A stretch of DNA of 64,000 bases, taken from Spirochaetia bacterium. GTDB lineage: Bacteria; Spirochaetota; Spirochaetia; DSM-2461. The notes below the pieces were generated by a model. The model did not search any database. It saw only the letters and a program-made list of their open reading frames with translations, and was not told the origin of the DNA. Shown in pieces: positions 32,594 to 42,081 of the stretch. The stretch is taken from contig OY764216.1 in the NCBI GenBank assembly GCA_963668315.1, forward strand, positions 224,001-288,000, written 5' to 3'. The stretch's first letter is position 1. Every line of letters starts with the position of its first letter. A program made the position numbers and the translations under genes.

Positions 32594-33310
32594 CTAGAAA
32601 TGGAGGAAACGGCGAAGTTTGGAGTGGGTGAACCGGGGGGACTGGACGTAGAAAAGCAGCAGTGCCGTGGGAAGCATCACACTCAGAACGACCAGGGACC
32701 AGCCCAGTTGCCTATCCCCTTTCAGGTACAGCCCCAGAGACAGATCGATGACGACACAGAGAGAGGCGATTAAAAGAAGAATTACCGCCGCCACATTGGC
32801 TCCTTTCTCTTTCATCCGGCCGATCCGGTTCAGCGAGAGTGAGGTCAAGAGTCCCGAGGCAGCCACGATGGGCAGGCCCACGGGAAGAAACCAGGGACTG
32901 TCGCCCCCCAGCCGGCCGAGGATAAACAGCACGGCCATGACATCGCCATGGATCAGTCCGTTTAAGGCGTAAGGATGCCTCCAGGAGAAGAGGCTGATAA
33001 GCGCAATGAGCCAGGCCCCGGCCAGAGAGACGGAGACATAGGCGGACCAGGAAATCTGTCTGTTTATAAAGTAGTCTATGGCCATAACAAAGAGAAGGGG
33101 AATCAGAATTCCCATGGTCATGATCGTTCGGGCGATGGCCATCTTCTCCCTCATCGTCAGGGGAGGAGCGGAAGGCGAACCGGCCGGTTTTTCCGGATAG
33201 GGCCCGTATGTGCCGCCCTCGGGAAGGATTTTCTGAATGGGGGTCTGGCAAAGGGGGCATTTCTCCACCCTGTCATCGACTTCAACTCCGCATTGCGAAC
33301 AGTATGGCAT
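32594..33310 (-). CDS. Zn-ribbon plus multi-TM protein (DUF6320-like)
   Basis: CSQC...CPLC N-terminus, about 6 TM, C-terminal LRRFLHF. Confidence 0.75.
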   Translation of the reverse strand: MPYCSQCGVEVDDRVEKCPLCQTPIQKILPEGGTYGPYPEKPAGSPSAPPLTMREKMAIARTIMTMGILIPLLFVMAIDYFINRQISWSAYVSVSLAGAWLIALISLFSWRHPYALNGLIHGDVMAVLFILGRLGGDSPWFLPVGLPIVAASGLLTSLSLNRIGRMKEKGANVAAVILLLIASLCVVIDLSLGLYLKGDRQLGWSLVVLSVMLPTALLLFYVQSPRFTHSKLRRFLHF

Positions 33311-33327
33311 CGGACTACTCCTCCTCT

Positions 33328-34626
33328 CTATGATATATTGCTTTCCACTTTCACGGGAATCCCCATGCGGCGCAATTTCCTGAAAAACTCCCGCTCCACC
33401 AGAGACGAGGGGGTCACCCTCCCGAAGGTGATGTTAACCCTTCCTCCGAATCCGCAGATGCCCACTTTTACTTTGGTTTTCCCCGCAGGAGGGTTCGGAA
33501 CGAAGAACAGGTCCTTCACATGACCGTCCAGCTCGGGGGGAAGAACCAGGTTCCCCATATTGGACAGTGTCGTGGTATAGGTTGATTTTCCGAAGGTCTG
33601 ATAGACTACGGGCAGAATGAGATCCTTCAAGTGGATGGGAAGAAGCCGGGCGGCCAGGTTCATCTCGCCCTTTACATTCCGGGAGATCTGCTGACTCAGG
33701 AACTTGCGGTCCATATCATAGCGCATGAAATGCATCACCTTGCTGCAGATTTCATCAAATTCGTAGCGCCCCAGGCGGGGATCGATAAAGGGCGTCACGC
33801 TCAGAAAGAAATTTCTCATGGTACGGGAGGGGAAGATGCGCCTCAGATTGACGGGAATGCAGATGGCGATGGGCAGAGATCTGCGGCGCCGCTCCTTTTC
33901 GGGCAGAGAGAAGAGGTAGTCCTGGAATACCTCCATCAGGACGGCGGTGAGGAACTCGGTCAGGGTCACATTCCTGGCTTTGGCTTCCCGGTCCAGCAGA
34001 TCAAAGGGTACGGAGCCTGTGGTAACCCAGTACACCCCTTTCCCTTCCTTCGGTCCGGGGAACTGAAAGGCCTTCTGCTCCCGCCGGGGAAGGGGAATGG
34101 ACCGGTCAAGATACCGGACGAAGGCGTCCTCGAACTCCTCCGGATGGGGGGGCCGTCCCTTGTAGGGCAGACCTTCCAGGGGGCCCCGGATTTTATCCTG
34201 CAGGGAGACATACTCCCCCAGGAGAGCGCTCATGAAGATGTAAGCCCCGGTCCCGTCGGTAAGGATGTGGGAGAATTCCACGGAAATCCTGCTGCCGTAT
34301 GCCCTTACCCGGAAGGGGAAGCGGGTTCTCTGGCGGATGGCCATTTTCATACAGGGAAAGCGGGAATCCCGCTCGGGGGAAGGGAGGCGGGGCGATTCAT
34401 TGAAATAATACCAGAAAGCCCCCCGCATGAGATTAACGTTATAATAGGGAAAGCGCTTCATGATATTTTTCAGGGCCCTGTTCAGCCGGGAAACATTGAC
34501 GGGGCTCTCCATGACAGCGGTCACCCGGAAAAGAGTGGTTTCCCTCTGGTTGAGCAGCGCCGGATATATCTTTCCCGCATTATCGAGTTTATACCAGCCT
34601 GGTCCCTTTTCTCTGTCCCTTTCCAT
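33328..34626 (-). CDS. CoA-dependent acyltransferase (alcohol acetyltransferase/condensation-like)
   Basis: WYKLDNAGKIY, HILTDG (HxxxDG), PVNLRRIFPSRTMRNF and TLSNMG motifs. Confidence 0.85.
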   Translation of the reverse strand: MERDREKGPGWYKLDNAGKIYPALLNQRETTLFRVTAVMESPVNVSRLNRALKNIMKRFPYYNVNLMRGAFWYYFNESPRLPSPERDSRFPCMKMAIRQRTRFPFRVRAYGSRISVEFSHILTDGTGAYIFMSALLGEYVSLQDKIRGPLEGLPYKGRPPHPEEFEDAFVRYLDRSIPLPRREQKAFQFPGPKEGKGVYWVTTGSVPFDLLDREAKARNVTLTEFLTAVLMEVFQDYLFSLPEKERRRRSLPIAICIPVNLRRIFPSRTMRNFFLSVTPFIDPRLGRYEFDEICSKVMHFMRYDMDRKFLSQQISRNVKGEMNLAARLLPIHLKDLILPVVYQTFGKSTYTTTLSNMGNLVLPPELDGHVKDLFFVPNPPAGKTKVKVGICGFGGRVNITFGRVTPSSLVEREFFRKLRRMGIPVKVESNIS

Positions 34627-34634
34627 TCTAGGGA

Positions 34635-34663
34635 AGGTTACTTGGCAAATCCGGTCCTGTCAA
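34635..34663 (-). promoter_or_regulatory. sigma70 promoter of acyltransferase operon (near-leaderless)
   Basis: TTGACA-17-TAACCT, 8 nt before ATG 34626. Confidence 0.7.
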
Positions 34664-34744
34664 GATTTCTCTGGCCCACCCTATGAAGTAATGGTATAAT
34701 TCTCCTTATGAGGAAAGAATTTACCGGAACAGGGGGATTTTAGC

Positions 34745-35686
34745 ATGGAGAGCCCGAGAGCAAGGGAGTTAATGCAGGCCATCATTGATGAAGTGAATAA
34801 GGGCTTTCTGGGAAAAACGGAACAGATCCGGCTGGCCGTTTCGGCGGCCTGCGCCGGCCTTCATATTCTGATAGAAGACAGGCCGGGCGTGGGGAAAACG
34901 ACCCTGGCGTCCTGCCTGTGCAGGGCGCTCGGGCTGGACTTCGGCAGAATTCAGTTTACTCCGGATCTTCTCCCCGGCGATATTACGGGCATGACGATCT
35001 GGGATGAGAAGAAGCGGGAGTTTCTCTTTCACAACGGGCCTATCTTCCGGCAGACGGTCATGGCGGACGAATTGAACCGGGCCGCAGCCCGCACCCAGTC
35101 GGCCCTGTTGGAAGCCATGCAGGAGGGAACGGTAACCGTGGACGGCGTCCGGCATCCCCTGCCCCGCCCCTTTCTGGTTATCGCCACCCAGAACCCCTCC
35201 CATTTTTCGGGGACCTTCTCCCTGCCCGAATCCCAGCTGGACCGGTTCGGCATCAGCTTTTCCCTGGGCTATGCGGAACGCGCCTGGGAAGAACAGATTC
35301 TCACCGATTACCGCTACGATAATCCCGTGGATAAGATCAGGCCGGTTACGGGTCCCGAAGAACTGATAGAACTGACCGGATTCATAAGAAAAATCGGCCT
35401 GAACGACGCCGTCCGGCGCTATATCGTATCCCTGGGGGACAAAACACGTAAATCCCCCCGCCTCATAGCCGGATTCACCACGCGGGGGCTTCAGCATCTG
35501 CTCGCCCTATCCCAGGCTTTCGCCGCCGGGGAGGGGCGGGATTTTCTTATTCCCGAGGATATAGAAAAAGCCGCCCCCTCCGTGGCCCGGCACAAACTGC
35601 TCCTGACTCCGGAGATGAAAATAGAAAACCGGTCGGTCGAGTTCGTTATGGAAAAGATTGTCGAAGAGACCCCGGCGCCGGTCTAG
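34745..35686 (+). CDS. MoxR family AAA+ ATPase
   Basis: EDRPGVGKT, RIQFTPDLLPGD, DELNRA, ATQNP and QLDRF motifs. Confidence 0.95.
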   Translation: MESPRARELMQAIIDEVNKGFLGKTEQIRLAVSAACAGLHILIEDRPGVGKTTLASCLCRALGLDFGRIQFTPDLLPGDITGMTIWDEKKREFLFHNGPIFRQTVMADELNRAAARTQSALLEAMQEGTVTVDGVRHPLPRPFLVIATQNPSHFSGTFSLPESQLDRFGISFSLGYAERAWEEQILTDYRYDNPVDKIRPVTGPEELIELTGFIRKIGLNDAVRRYIVSLGDKTRKSPRLIAGFTTRGLQHLLALSQAFAAGEGRDFLIPEDIEKAAPSVARHKLLLTPEMKIENRSVEFVMEKIVEETPAPV

Positions 35687-35688
35687 AG

Positions 35689-36837
35689 ATGAGAATTGTC
35701 TGGGACCGCCTCATCTCCGCACTCCTCATAATCAGCCTCTCCTTCCTGGCGGCGCGCTATCTGGGCACGATCTATTATGTGCTTTTCCGTTCCTTTGCCC
35801 TGCTATTCCTTCTGGATCTGCTCTTCCTCTACTTCTCCTACGCGGGAGTCAGGTATAATCAGCATTTCTCCTCGGAACATCTGACCCGGGGAGACGAGAT
35901 ACACTATGATTTTTACCTGCTCCAGTCCTTCCGTACTCTCTCCAACCTCATCCATGTGGAGTTTTATCCCTTCAACAATCCGGAACTGAAGGACCTGGAG
36001 CCCCTGAACTTTGCCCTCAGATCCCGGGAGAAGAGACTCTTTGCCTATACCATAGAGGGAGGAACCCGGGGCATCTACCGGGTGGGGATTAAAAGCCTGA
36101 TAATGGAGGACTTCCTGGGTATCCTCCTCCTCACCCTTCCCCGGCACGAACGGACCTTCTATATTTACCCCCGCCTTTTCCGGGGAAACGGCTACCCCCT
36201 GGAACAGACCGAAGGGGGGGGCGATCAATTCAGAAAAAACAGCCGGGACGACGGGGACATCGCCTTTTCGGGACTGAGGGAATACCGCCCCGGACTGCCT
36301 CTGAGGGGCATAAGCTGGAAGCACTTCGCCCGGTACGGCTACCCCTTGATCAGGGAAAATGAAAACTCCGTACAGCCGGGCAGGATACTCATGATAGACA
36401 GGCGCCCCCTTGAGGGCAGCCGCCCCCGGGAGGACGGTGTACTGGAAACGGCCCTGACCCTGACGAGGCGGATACTCGACGGCGGGTCCGGGGTCATTCT
36501 GGACGGGATAAGCTATAAAGGGCCCCTCGAAATCGCCAGTGAATCGGCCTTTTCCTCCCTCTACCAATCGACCCTGACCCTTCCCTTCGACGCGCCCCAC
36601 CTTCCCCCATACCGGGAAGCGGGAGAATCGGTGACACTGATTTCTGCCATGCCCGGCTGGGATCTTCTGAGCGAATCATTCTGGCGGGTACGGGAGAACT
36701 GGCAGCTGGTGGCTGTACTGGAAGGTATGGATGGGGAAAGGAAAGAACAGATTCTTTCGGCCTTAGACGCACTGAAAAACCGGGACGTCTCCGTCATTAT
36801 CATGGAAAAGGGAGAAAGCTTCTGGAAGGAAAACTGA
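35689..36837 (+). CDS. DUF58 domain protein
   Basis: RGIYRVG and LREYRPGLPLRGISWKHFAR; N-terminal TMs; follows MoxR. Confidence 0.88.
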   Translation: MRIVWDRLISALLIISLSFLAARYLGTIYYVLFRSFALLFLLDLLFLYFSYAGVRYNQHFSSEHLTRGDEIHYDFYLLQSFRTLSNLIHVEFYPFNNPELKDLEPLNFALRSREKRLFAYTIEGGTRGIYRVGIKSLIMEDFLGILLLTLPRHERTFYIYPRLFRGNGYPLEQTEGGGDQFRKNSRDDGDIAFSGLREYRPGLPLRGISWKHFARYGYPLIRENENSVQPGRILMIDRRPLEGSRPREDGVLETALTLTRRILDGGSGVILDGISYKGPLEIASESAFSSLYQSTLTLPFDAPHLPPYREAGESVTLISAMPGWDLLSESFWRVRENWQLVAVLEGMDGERKEQILSALDALKNRDVSVIIMEKGESFWKEN

Positions 36838-38774
36838 AGTCTCTCCTGCTCCTAATCCCCACGCCCCTTATCTATGGACTGCTCCACAGATATCTGGACA
36901 GCTCCGGTGGGTGGCTCCTCCTGGCCTTTTACGGTTCCGTCCCCCTTCTGGCCGTAGCGGGTGAGTTTCTGCCCCGCGCAAGAAGGACTGCCCAGACCAC
37001 GGCGGTTATCATCATGACGGCCCTGGGAGCGCTCCTCATCTGGGAGATCCTTCTCCTTCCCTATCAGGCCTATGAACTCTGGTTTGACCTTTTCCGTACC
37101 TCCATGGCAAGGGGCCGGGTCTCCCATCTCTTCGTCAAGCTGGGAACTCTTCTTTCGGTTATCGTCTGTTGGATGATCTACCGCCAGCCCCGCGTTCTTG
37201 AAGGAATCAGGCGTTTCATCCATCTTCCCCTTTTCTTTCTTTTTCTCCTCTGGCCGTCGGGCTGGCTTGTCCTGGCCTTCCTGGCCGCTCTTCTGGCGGG
37301 CCGGCTCCGCCGGGATAATTACCGGGAAATTGCAACATTGTTTATCTTTGTCTTCCTGTTTGGCCTGACCGGGGTGTTCTCCCCGGCCAAGGGCGCCCGC
37401 TTTATCGATAACCGATCGGGGGATTTCACCGCCTGGCTGACGGAGACCTGGCCGTCTCTTCCCGTTCTGTACGATATACCTCTTTACGGAGAATCCTTCT
37501 CCCATACGGTGGAGACCGGAGGCCGTCCCGTTCTGACGGGTCATACGATATTTACCGTGGAAGGCCACCCGGGAGAGCAGATCTACCTGAGAACCGGAGC
37601 AGGAGCCTCTCCCGGGGATAGGGGAGAAGCCCTGCCCATTGACGAAATGCCCCGGGCCGAAAAGGAATTCACCGAAGGGCTCCCCTACTACTCCGTCCGT
37701 ATCATGACGGATTTCATCAACTACCTTCCCTATACGGAAGACACGGAGTACCTGGCGGTGAGAGGGAGCCTTTACCCTCTTCTCTCCACGGACAAAGCCC
37801 TGCTTCCTCAGCCTCCCCTTCTCATGGGAGACCGGTATACCCTATATAAATCCGCCGATACATCCGTCAGGACAGAGAAGGAGGACTTCGACTTTACCCC
37901 CTTTCTGACATCCCCCGAGGAACCTTCGGAAGAACTGAGAGCTCTGGCCGCCTCCCTCAGGGGAAAATCGGACAGGGAAACGGCCGATAACATCCGCCGG
38001 TATCTGGCGGAGAATTATACCTACTCCCTTAATACGGAAGAGAGTTCCCGGTACACGGAGGACTTTCTCTTTCTGACAGGCGAGGGATACTGCCTCCACT
38101 TCTCCACGGCCTTCGCCGCCCTGGCCCGACTGGACGGGATTCCCTGCCGCCTCGTTCAGGGATACCTGGTCATCATTCCCGACGGAGAGAACTACTGGGA
38201 AAACTACGGTTATGTTCCCGAAAGGGCAACGGTGAGCGTGACGGGACTATCCTCCCACATGTGGCCCGAGATCTATCAGGACGGCGAGGGCTGGATTTCC
38301 TACGAAGCCACGGCCCCATTCTATCGCCCCGAAAGTCCCATCTCCCGGGATGCCCTTACCGACAGGCAGCTCCGGGAAATACGCAGCGAAAACATCATCG
38401 AACAGCGGAGGGAATCCCCGGAGAAATTCCCCCGGATACTTTACCTGACCATCCCCTTGCTCCTCCTTTCGGCAAGGCTGGTTTTCCGGGCGGGACACTT
38501 CCTGAAACACTATGGGAAAAATACTCTTTTTGTCATACGCCGATATGTCCGGCTGGCCCATACGGCGGGAGTCGGACGTCCGGGGGATAAGGGATGGCTG
38601 GACTGGAACGATCACGTCAGAGAAAATATCCCTCGCACATCGGAACTGATGGACAGGGCGTTTCCCCTCATTCTGAAAGCCCGTTATTCACCGGATCCGC
38701 TGACCGGGAAAGAGAAGGAGATTCTCCACGATCAGCTGAAAAAATTCAGCCGGATATGCCGCAGGAACCGCTGA
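36822..38774 (+). CDS. Membrane transglutaminase-like protein (probable CTG start at 36822; first ATG at 37014)
   Basis: GYCLHFSTAF, HMWPE and WISYEAT triad region; multi-TM N-terminus; frame open and hydrophobic upstream of 37014. Confidence 0.85.
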   Translation: MEGKLKSLLLLIPTPLIYGLLHRYLDSSGGWLLLAFYGSVPLLAVAGEFLPRARRTAQTTAVIIMTALGALLIWEILLLPYQAYELWFDLFRTSMARGRVSHLFVKLGTLLSVIVCWMIYRQPRVLEGIRRFIHLPLFFLFLLWPSGWLVLAFLAALLAGRLRRDNYREIATLFIFVFLFGLTGVFSPAKGARFIDNRSGDFTAWLTETWPSLPVLYDIPLYGESFSHTVETGGRPVLTGHTIFTVEGHPGEQIYLRTGAGASPGDRGEALPIDEMPRAEKEFTEGLPYYSVRIMTDFINYLPYTEDTEYLAVRGSLYPLLSTDKALLPQPPLLMGDRYTLYKSADTSVRTEKEDFDFTPFLTSPEEPSEELRALAASLRGKSDRETADNIRRYLAENYTYSLNTEESSRYTEDFLFLTGEGYCLHFSTAFAALARLDGIPCRLVQGYLVIIPDGENYWENYGYVPERATVSVTGLSSHMWPEIYQDGEGWISYEATAPFYRPESPISRDALTDRQLREIRSENIIEQRRESPEKFPRILYLTIPLLLLSARLVFRAGHFLKHYGKNTLFVIRRYVRLAHTAGVGRPGDKGWLDWNDHVRENIPRTSELMDRAFPLILKARYSPDPLTGKEKEILHDQLKKFSRICRRNR

Positions 38775-38781
38775 GGTAAAT

Positions 38782-39519
38782 CTAGTTATATTTAAGCACC
38801 TTGTTCAGAAAGCGGTTGACCCGTTCGTCTTTCTGGCCTTCGAAGAGGTCTCGGGGAGCTCCCCGGGCGATAATCCCTCCGTCACCGATAAAAAGGACGT
38901 AATCCGCCGCCTGCCGGGCAAAGCCCATCTCGTGGGTAACCAGAATCAGCCTCATGCCCTCGAGCCTCAGTTCCCCGATCAGATCCAGAACTTCCGAAGT
39001 ATATTCCGGATCCAGGGCCGAGGTGGGTTCGTCAAGGAGCAGAAACTCCGGCCGGATTGCCACGGCCCGGCATATGGCGATGCGCTGCTTCTGCCCCCCC
39101 GAGAGCTGGGCGGGCTTTTTGAGCGCCTGATCGGCCAGGCGGAACCGTTCCAGCAGAATGAGGGCTTCCTCCCGGGCGCGGTCTTCCCGGTAACCGTGGA
39201 CTTTCACCAGGGGAAGGGTGATATTCTCCAGGGCATTCAGATGGGGAAAGAGGTTGTAAGCCTGAAAAACCATCCCCAGCCTCTTGCGGTACTCCCGGAG
39301 TGTTTCCTCGCTGCCGTACTCCACCGGATGGTCGTTGATAACAATCTCCCCCGAATCGGGCGTTTCCAGTCCCGCCAGGAGTCTGAGCAATGTGGTTTTT
39401 CCCCCGCCGGAAGGACCGATAAAAACCAGGGAGTGAACATCTTCCAGAGATAGGGAGACCCGGTCCAGTACGGTCAGGGCGCCGTATGTCTTGGTCAGGG
39501 ATTTCAATTCAAGTTTCAT
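38782..39519 (-). CDS. Polar amino-acid ABC transporter ATPase
   Basis: GPSGGGKT, LSGGQKQR, LLDEPTSALDPE and VTHEMGFA motifs. Confidence 0.95.
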   Translation of the reverse strand: MKLELKSLTKTYGALTVLDRVSLSLEDVHSLVFIGPSGGGKTTLLRLLAGLETPDSGEIVINDHPVEYGSEETLREYRKRLGMVFQAYNLFPHLNALENITLPLVKVHGYREDRAREEALILLERFRLADQALKKPAQLSGGQKQRIAICRAVAIRPEFLLLDEPTSALDPEYTSEVLDLIGELRLEGMRLILVTHEMGFARQAADYVLFIGDGGIIARGAPRDLFEGQKDERVNRFLNKVLKYN

Positions 39520-40285
39520 AGCTGAATTTCCTCTCCAGGTAACGGGTCAGACAGGAAATGGGCAGGGTCAGCAGCAGATAGCCGACGGCCAGGGGGATAT
39601 AGGCCTCCATGGTCGAGAAGGTGTTGGCGTTCATCTCCCGGGCGGCCATGGTAAACTCCTTGATGGCAATAACGGACAGCAGGGAGGAGTCCTTGATGAG
39701 AGAGGCCAGCTGCCCCGCCAGGGAGGGAAGAATCCGTGTCAGGACCTGGGGAAAGATGACATACCTGTATGTCTGATAGGGAGAAAATCCCAGGGAGCGG
39801 GCCGTTTCCCTCTGGCTCTCCCCGATGCTCTCCACCCCTCCCCGGATTATCTCGGCGATATAGGCGCCGGAGAAAAGAGACATGATGAGAATTCCCACTA
39901 CAAACCGATTGTTCAGACCCGCCGCATTGGCTATGACATAAAAGAAAATCAGGATCTGAACAAGGAGGGGCGTTCCCCTGACAAGCTCCACGTAGAAAAG
40001 AGAACAATAACGGAAAGGCAGGAGCGAACTGCTCTGCCCCAGCCCGAAAAGGATTCCGAGGAACAGACTTAGAAAAAGGGCGAACAGAGAAATAAGGAGG
40101 GTGGTCCCGTATCCCCGAAGAAAGTTCACCCGGTATTTGTAGATCGTGTCCCAGGCGAACCGGTACCCCAGACGGCTGAATCCGAACCAGAAAACGGCGG
40201 CCAGCAGCATTGCCACGAGAATCCAGCTGAAAATATGGGCCGCCCGGTTATCCCGGCCGGCCTTTTCTCTGAGCAGTTCCAGCAA
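39509..40285 (-). CDS. Polar amino-acid ABC transporter permease
   Basis: RGTPLLVQI, AYIAEIIRGG and LIKDSSL motifs; TTG start. Confidence 0.93.
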   Translation of the reverse strand: MLELLREKAGRDNRAAHIFSWILVAMLLAAVFWFGFSRLGYRFAWDTIYKYRVNFLRGYGTTLLISLFALFLSLFLGILFGLGQSSSLLPFRYCSLFYVELVRGTPLLVQILIFFYVIANAAGLNNRFVVGILIMSLFSGAYIAEIIRGGVESIGESQRETARSLGFSPYQTYRYVIFPQVLTRILPSLAGQLASLIKDSSLLSVIAIKEFTMAAREMNANTFSTMEAYIPLAVGYLLLTLPISCLTRYLERKFSYET

Positions 40286-40293
40286 AATGTCTC

Positions 40294-41115
40294 CTAATCG
40301 AGTGAAAAGAAGGAAGGAAGCCCCTCTTCATCAAAAACCTGTTTCATCTCGGCCAGATACTTTTTTTCCAGCTTTTCGAAACCGCCCTCCTTGCGGAACT
40401 CCACAATAAAGGCATCGACCTGGGCTTTCAGCTCGTCGTTCCCCTCTTTCATGGCCATGCCCCAGCCGCCCAGAGTGCCGGGCAGGTTTTCCAGATTCAC
40501 CCGGGTACTGTCGGGAAATTTTTTCTGCAGTTCAAAAGTGGTCAGCCCGTCATAGATGAAGGCATCGGCCTTCCCCTGGGAAACTTCCAGGGCGCAGGCG
40601 GCCACTTCGTCGAAGATCTGGATATTATCGGAGGGGACATTTTCCTGAGCCCAGATGGCCCCGATAGTTCCCGATTTCACGGCGACCGTTACATCGGAAC
40701 CGGAAAGGTCCCGGTAGCTCTTTACGGCCGAATCACGGTTGATGAGCAGAGTCAGCCCCGAAGCGGCATAGGGGACGGAAAAATCCACCACCTTTTCCCT
40801 CTCATCGGTAATGGACATGGAGGAGATGACGATGTCCGCTTTACCCGACTGAATGGCGGGAATAAGTCCGGTCCAGGCGGTATTTTCTATGGTTACCGGC
40901 CGGCCCAGATACTCGCCCAGGGCATAGGCGGTATCCACACTGATTCCCGCGGGCGTACCGTCTGCTTCTGCCATCTCAAAGGGGGGGAACTGCAGCTCCA
41001 TGGCCACGACCAGCGGTTCGGCATCCCCGCCGGACTTCTCCCCGCCGCCCGTACTCCAGACCGCGGAAGCGATAAAAAGGGAAAGAATTCCCCATAAAAT
41101 GACTCTCCTATTCAT
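40294..41115 (-). CDS. Polar amino-acid ABC substrate-binding protein
   Basis: FPPFE and SMSITDER; spirochaetal-type signal peptide (WSTGGGE); SD AAGGAG before ATG 41115. Confidence 0.93.
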   Translation of the reverse strand: MNRRVILWGILSLFIASAVWSTGGGEKSGGDAEPLVVAMELQFPPFEMAEADGTPAGISVDTAYALGEYLGRPVTIENTAWTGLIPAIQSGKADIVISSMSITDEREKVVDFSVPYAASGLTLLINRDSAVKSYRDLSGSDVTVAVKSGTIGAIWAQENVPSDNIQIFDEVAACALEVSQGKADAFIYDGLTTFELQKKFPDSTRVNLENLPGTLGGWGMAMKEGNDELKAQVDAFIVEFRKEGGFEKLEKKYLAEMKQVFDEEGLPSFFSLD

Positions 41116-41227
41116 AAAACACTCCTTGATTTGCGTCGTCCGACAGGCTATTTTCCCGCCGTCCTTTCCCTTGTTTCCTTGGAAGAACCGGAAGGGAAAG
41201 GGTAAAATAATAAACCCTATGTATTTC

Positions 41228-41256
41228 AATGTAGCAACGGTCGAAGGGGAAGTCAA
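41228..41256 (-). promoter_or_regulatory. sigma70 promoter of amino-acid ABC operon
   Basis: TTGACT-17-TACATT. Confidence 0.7.
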
Positions 41257-41345
41257 ATTTTTCCATAGCTTTTTTATAGGATTTTTACATAAATCTCATC
41301 GACCTAACAATAAAAGGGGAGTATGTTGGGGAGAGAGGAAAACAT

Positions 41346-42065
41346 ATGAAAACAGAAATTTTTGCCCATAGAGGAGCCTCCGGCTATGCTCCGGAAAACA
41401 CCATGGCCGCCTTCGAGCTGGCGATAGAACAGGGCGCCCATGGTATTGAAACGGATGTCCACCTTACCAGGGACGGAAAGATTGTCATCACCCATGACCC
41501 CGTTCTGGGAAGAACGATTCCGGCTAAGGGATCCCTGAAAGATTATACCCTGGAAGAACTGAAGGAGTTCGGCTGCGGTGCCTGGTTCGGCCCGGAATTC
41601 GCCGGCGAAAAGATACCTGAGCTCAAGGATCTTCTGAACCTGATCAAGGACAGGGATATCCGTTTGAATATCGAAATTAAACTGGGCGGTCCCTACTACG
41701 AAGGGCTTGAAGCTAAACTGGCCGGGGAACTGGCGGGATGGGACATGGATGAGAGGATCATCATCTCATCCTTCAACCACTACTCTCTTCTGCTCATGGA
41801 GAAGCACCGTCCCTCCCTGGACCGGGGATTTCTGACGGCGTCCATGCTTATCGACAGCTGGGATTACGTGAAAAGGAACGGGGGGCAGGCACTCCACCCC
41901 CATTTTTCCTGCGTCACTCCCGACACGGCGGTATCCTGCCGCGACGCGGGAGTGGCCATCAACACCTATACGGTTAACAACCGGGACGAGGCCCGCAGGC
42001 TTATTCAGGCCGGAATAGACGGCATCATAACCAACTATCCCGATCAGATGCTGGCCCTGCTCTAG
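41346..42065 (+). CDS. Glycerophosphodiester phosphodiesterase
   Basis: AHRGASGYAPENT, IETDVHLTRDG, HD, NIEIK and GIITNYP motifs. Confidence 0.95.
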   Translation: MKTEIFAHRGASGYAPENTMAAFELAIEQGAHGIETDVHLTRDGKIVITHDPVLGRTIPAKGSLKDYTLEELKEFGCGAWFGPEFAGEKIPELKDLLNLIKDRDIRLNIEIKLGGPYYEGLEAKLAGELAGWDMDERIIISSFNHYSLLLMEKHRPSLDRGFLTASMLIDSWDYVKRNGGQALHPHFSCVTPDTAVSCRDAGVAINTYTVNNRDEARRLIQAGIDGIITNYPDQMLALL

Positions 42066-42081
42066 GGCAAGGCTGATTATC

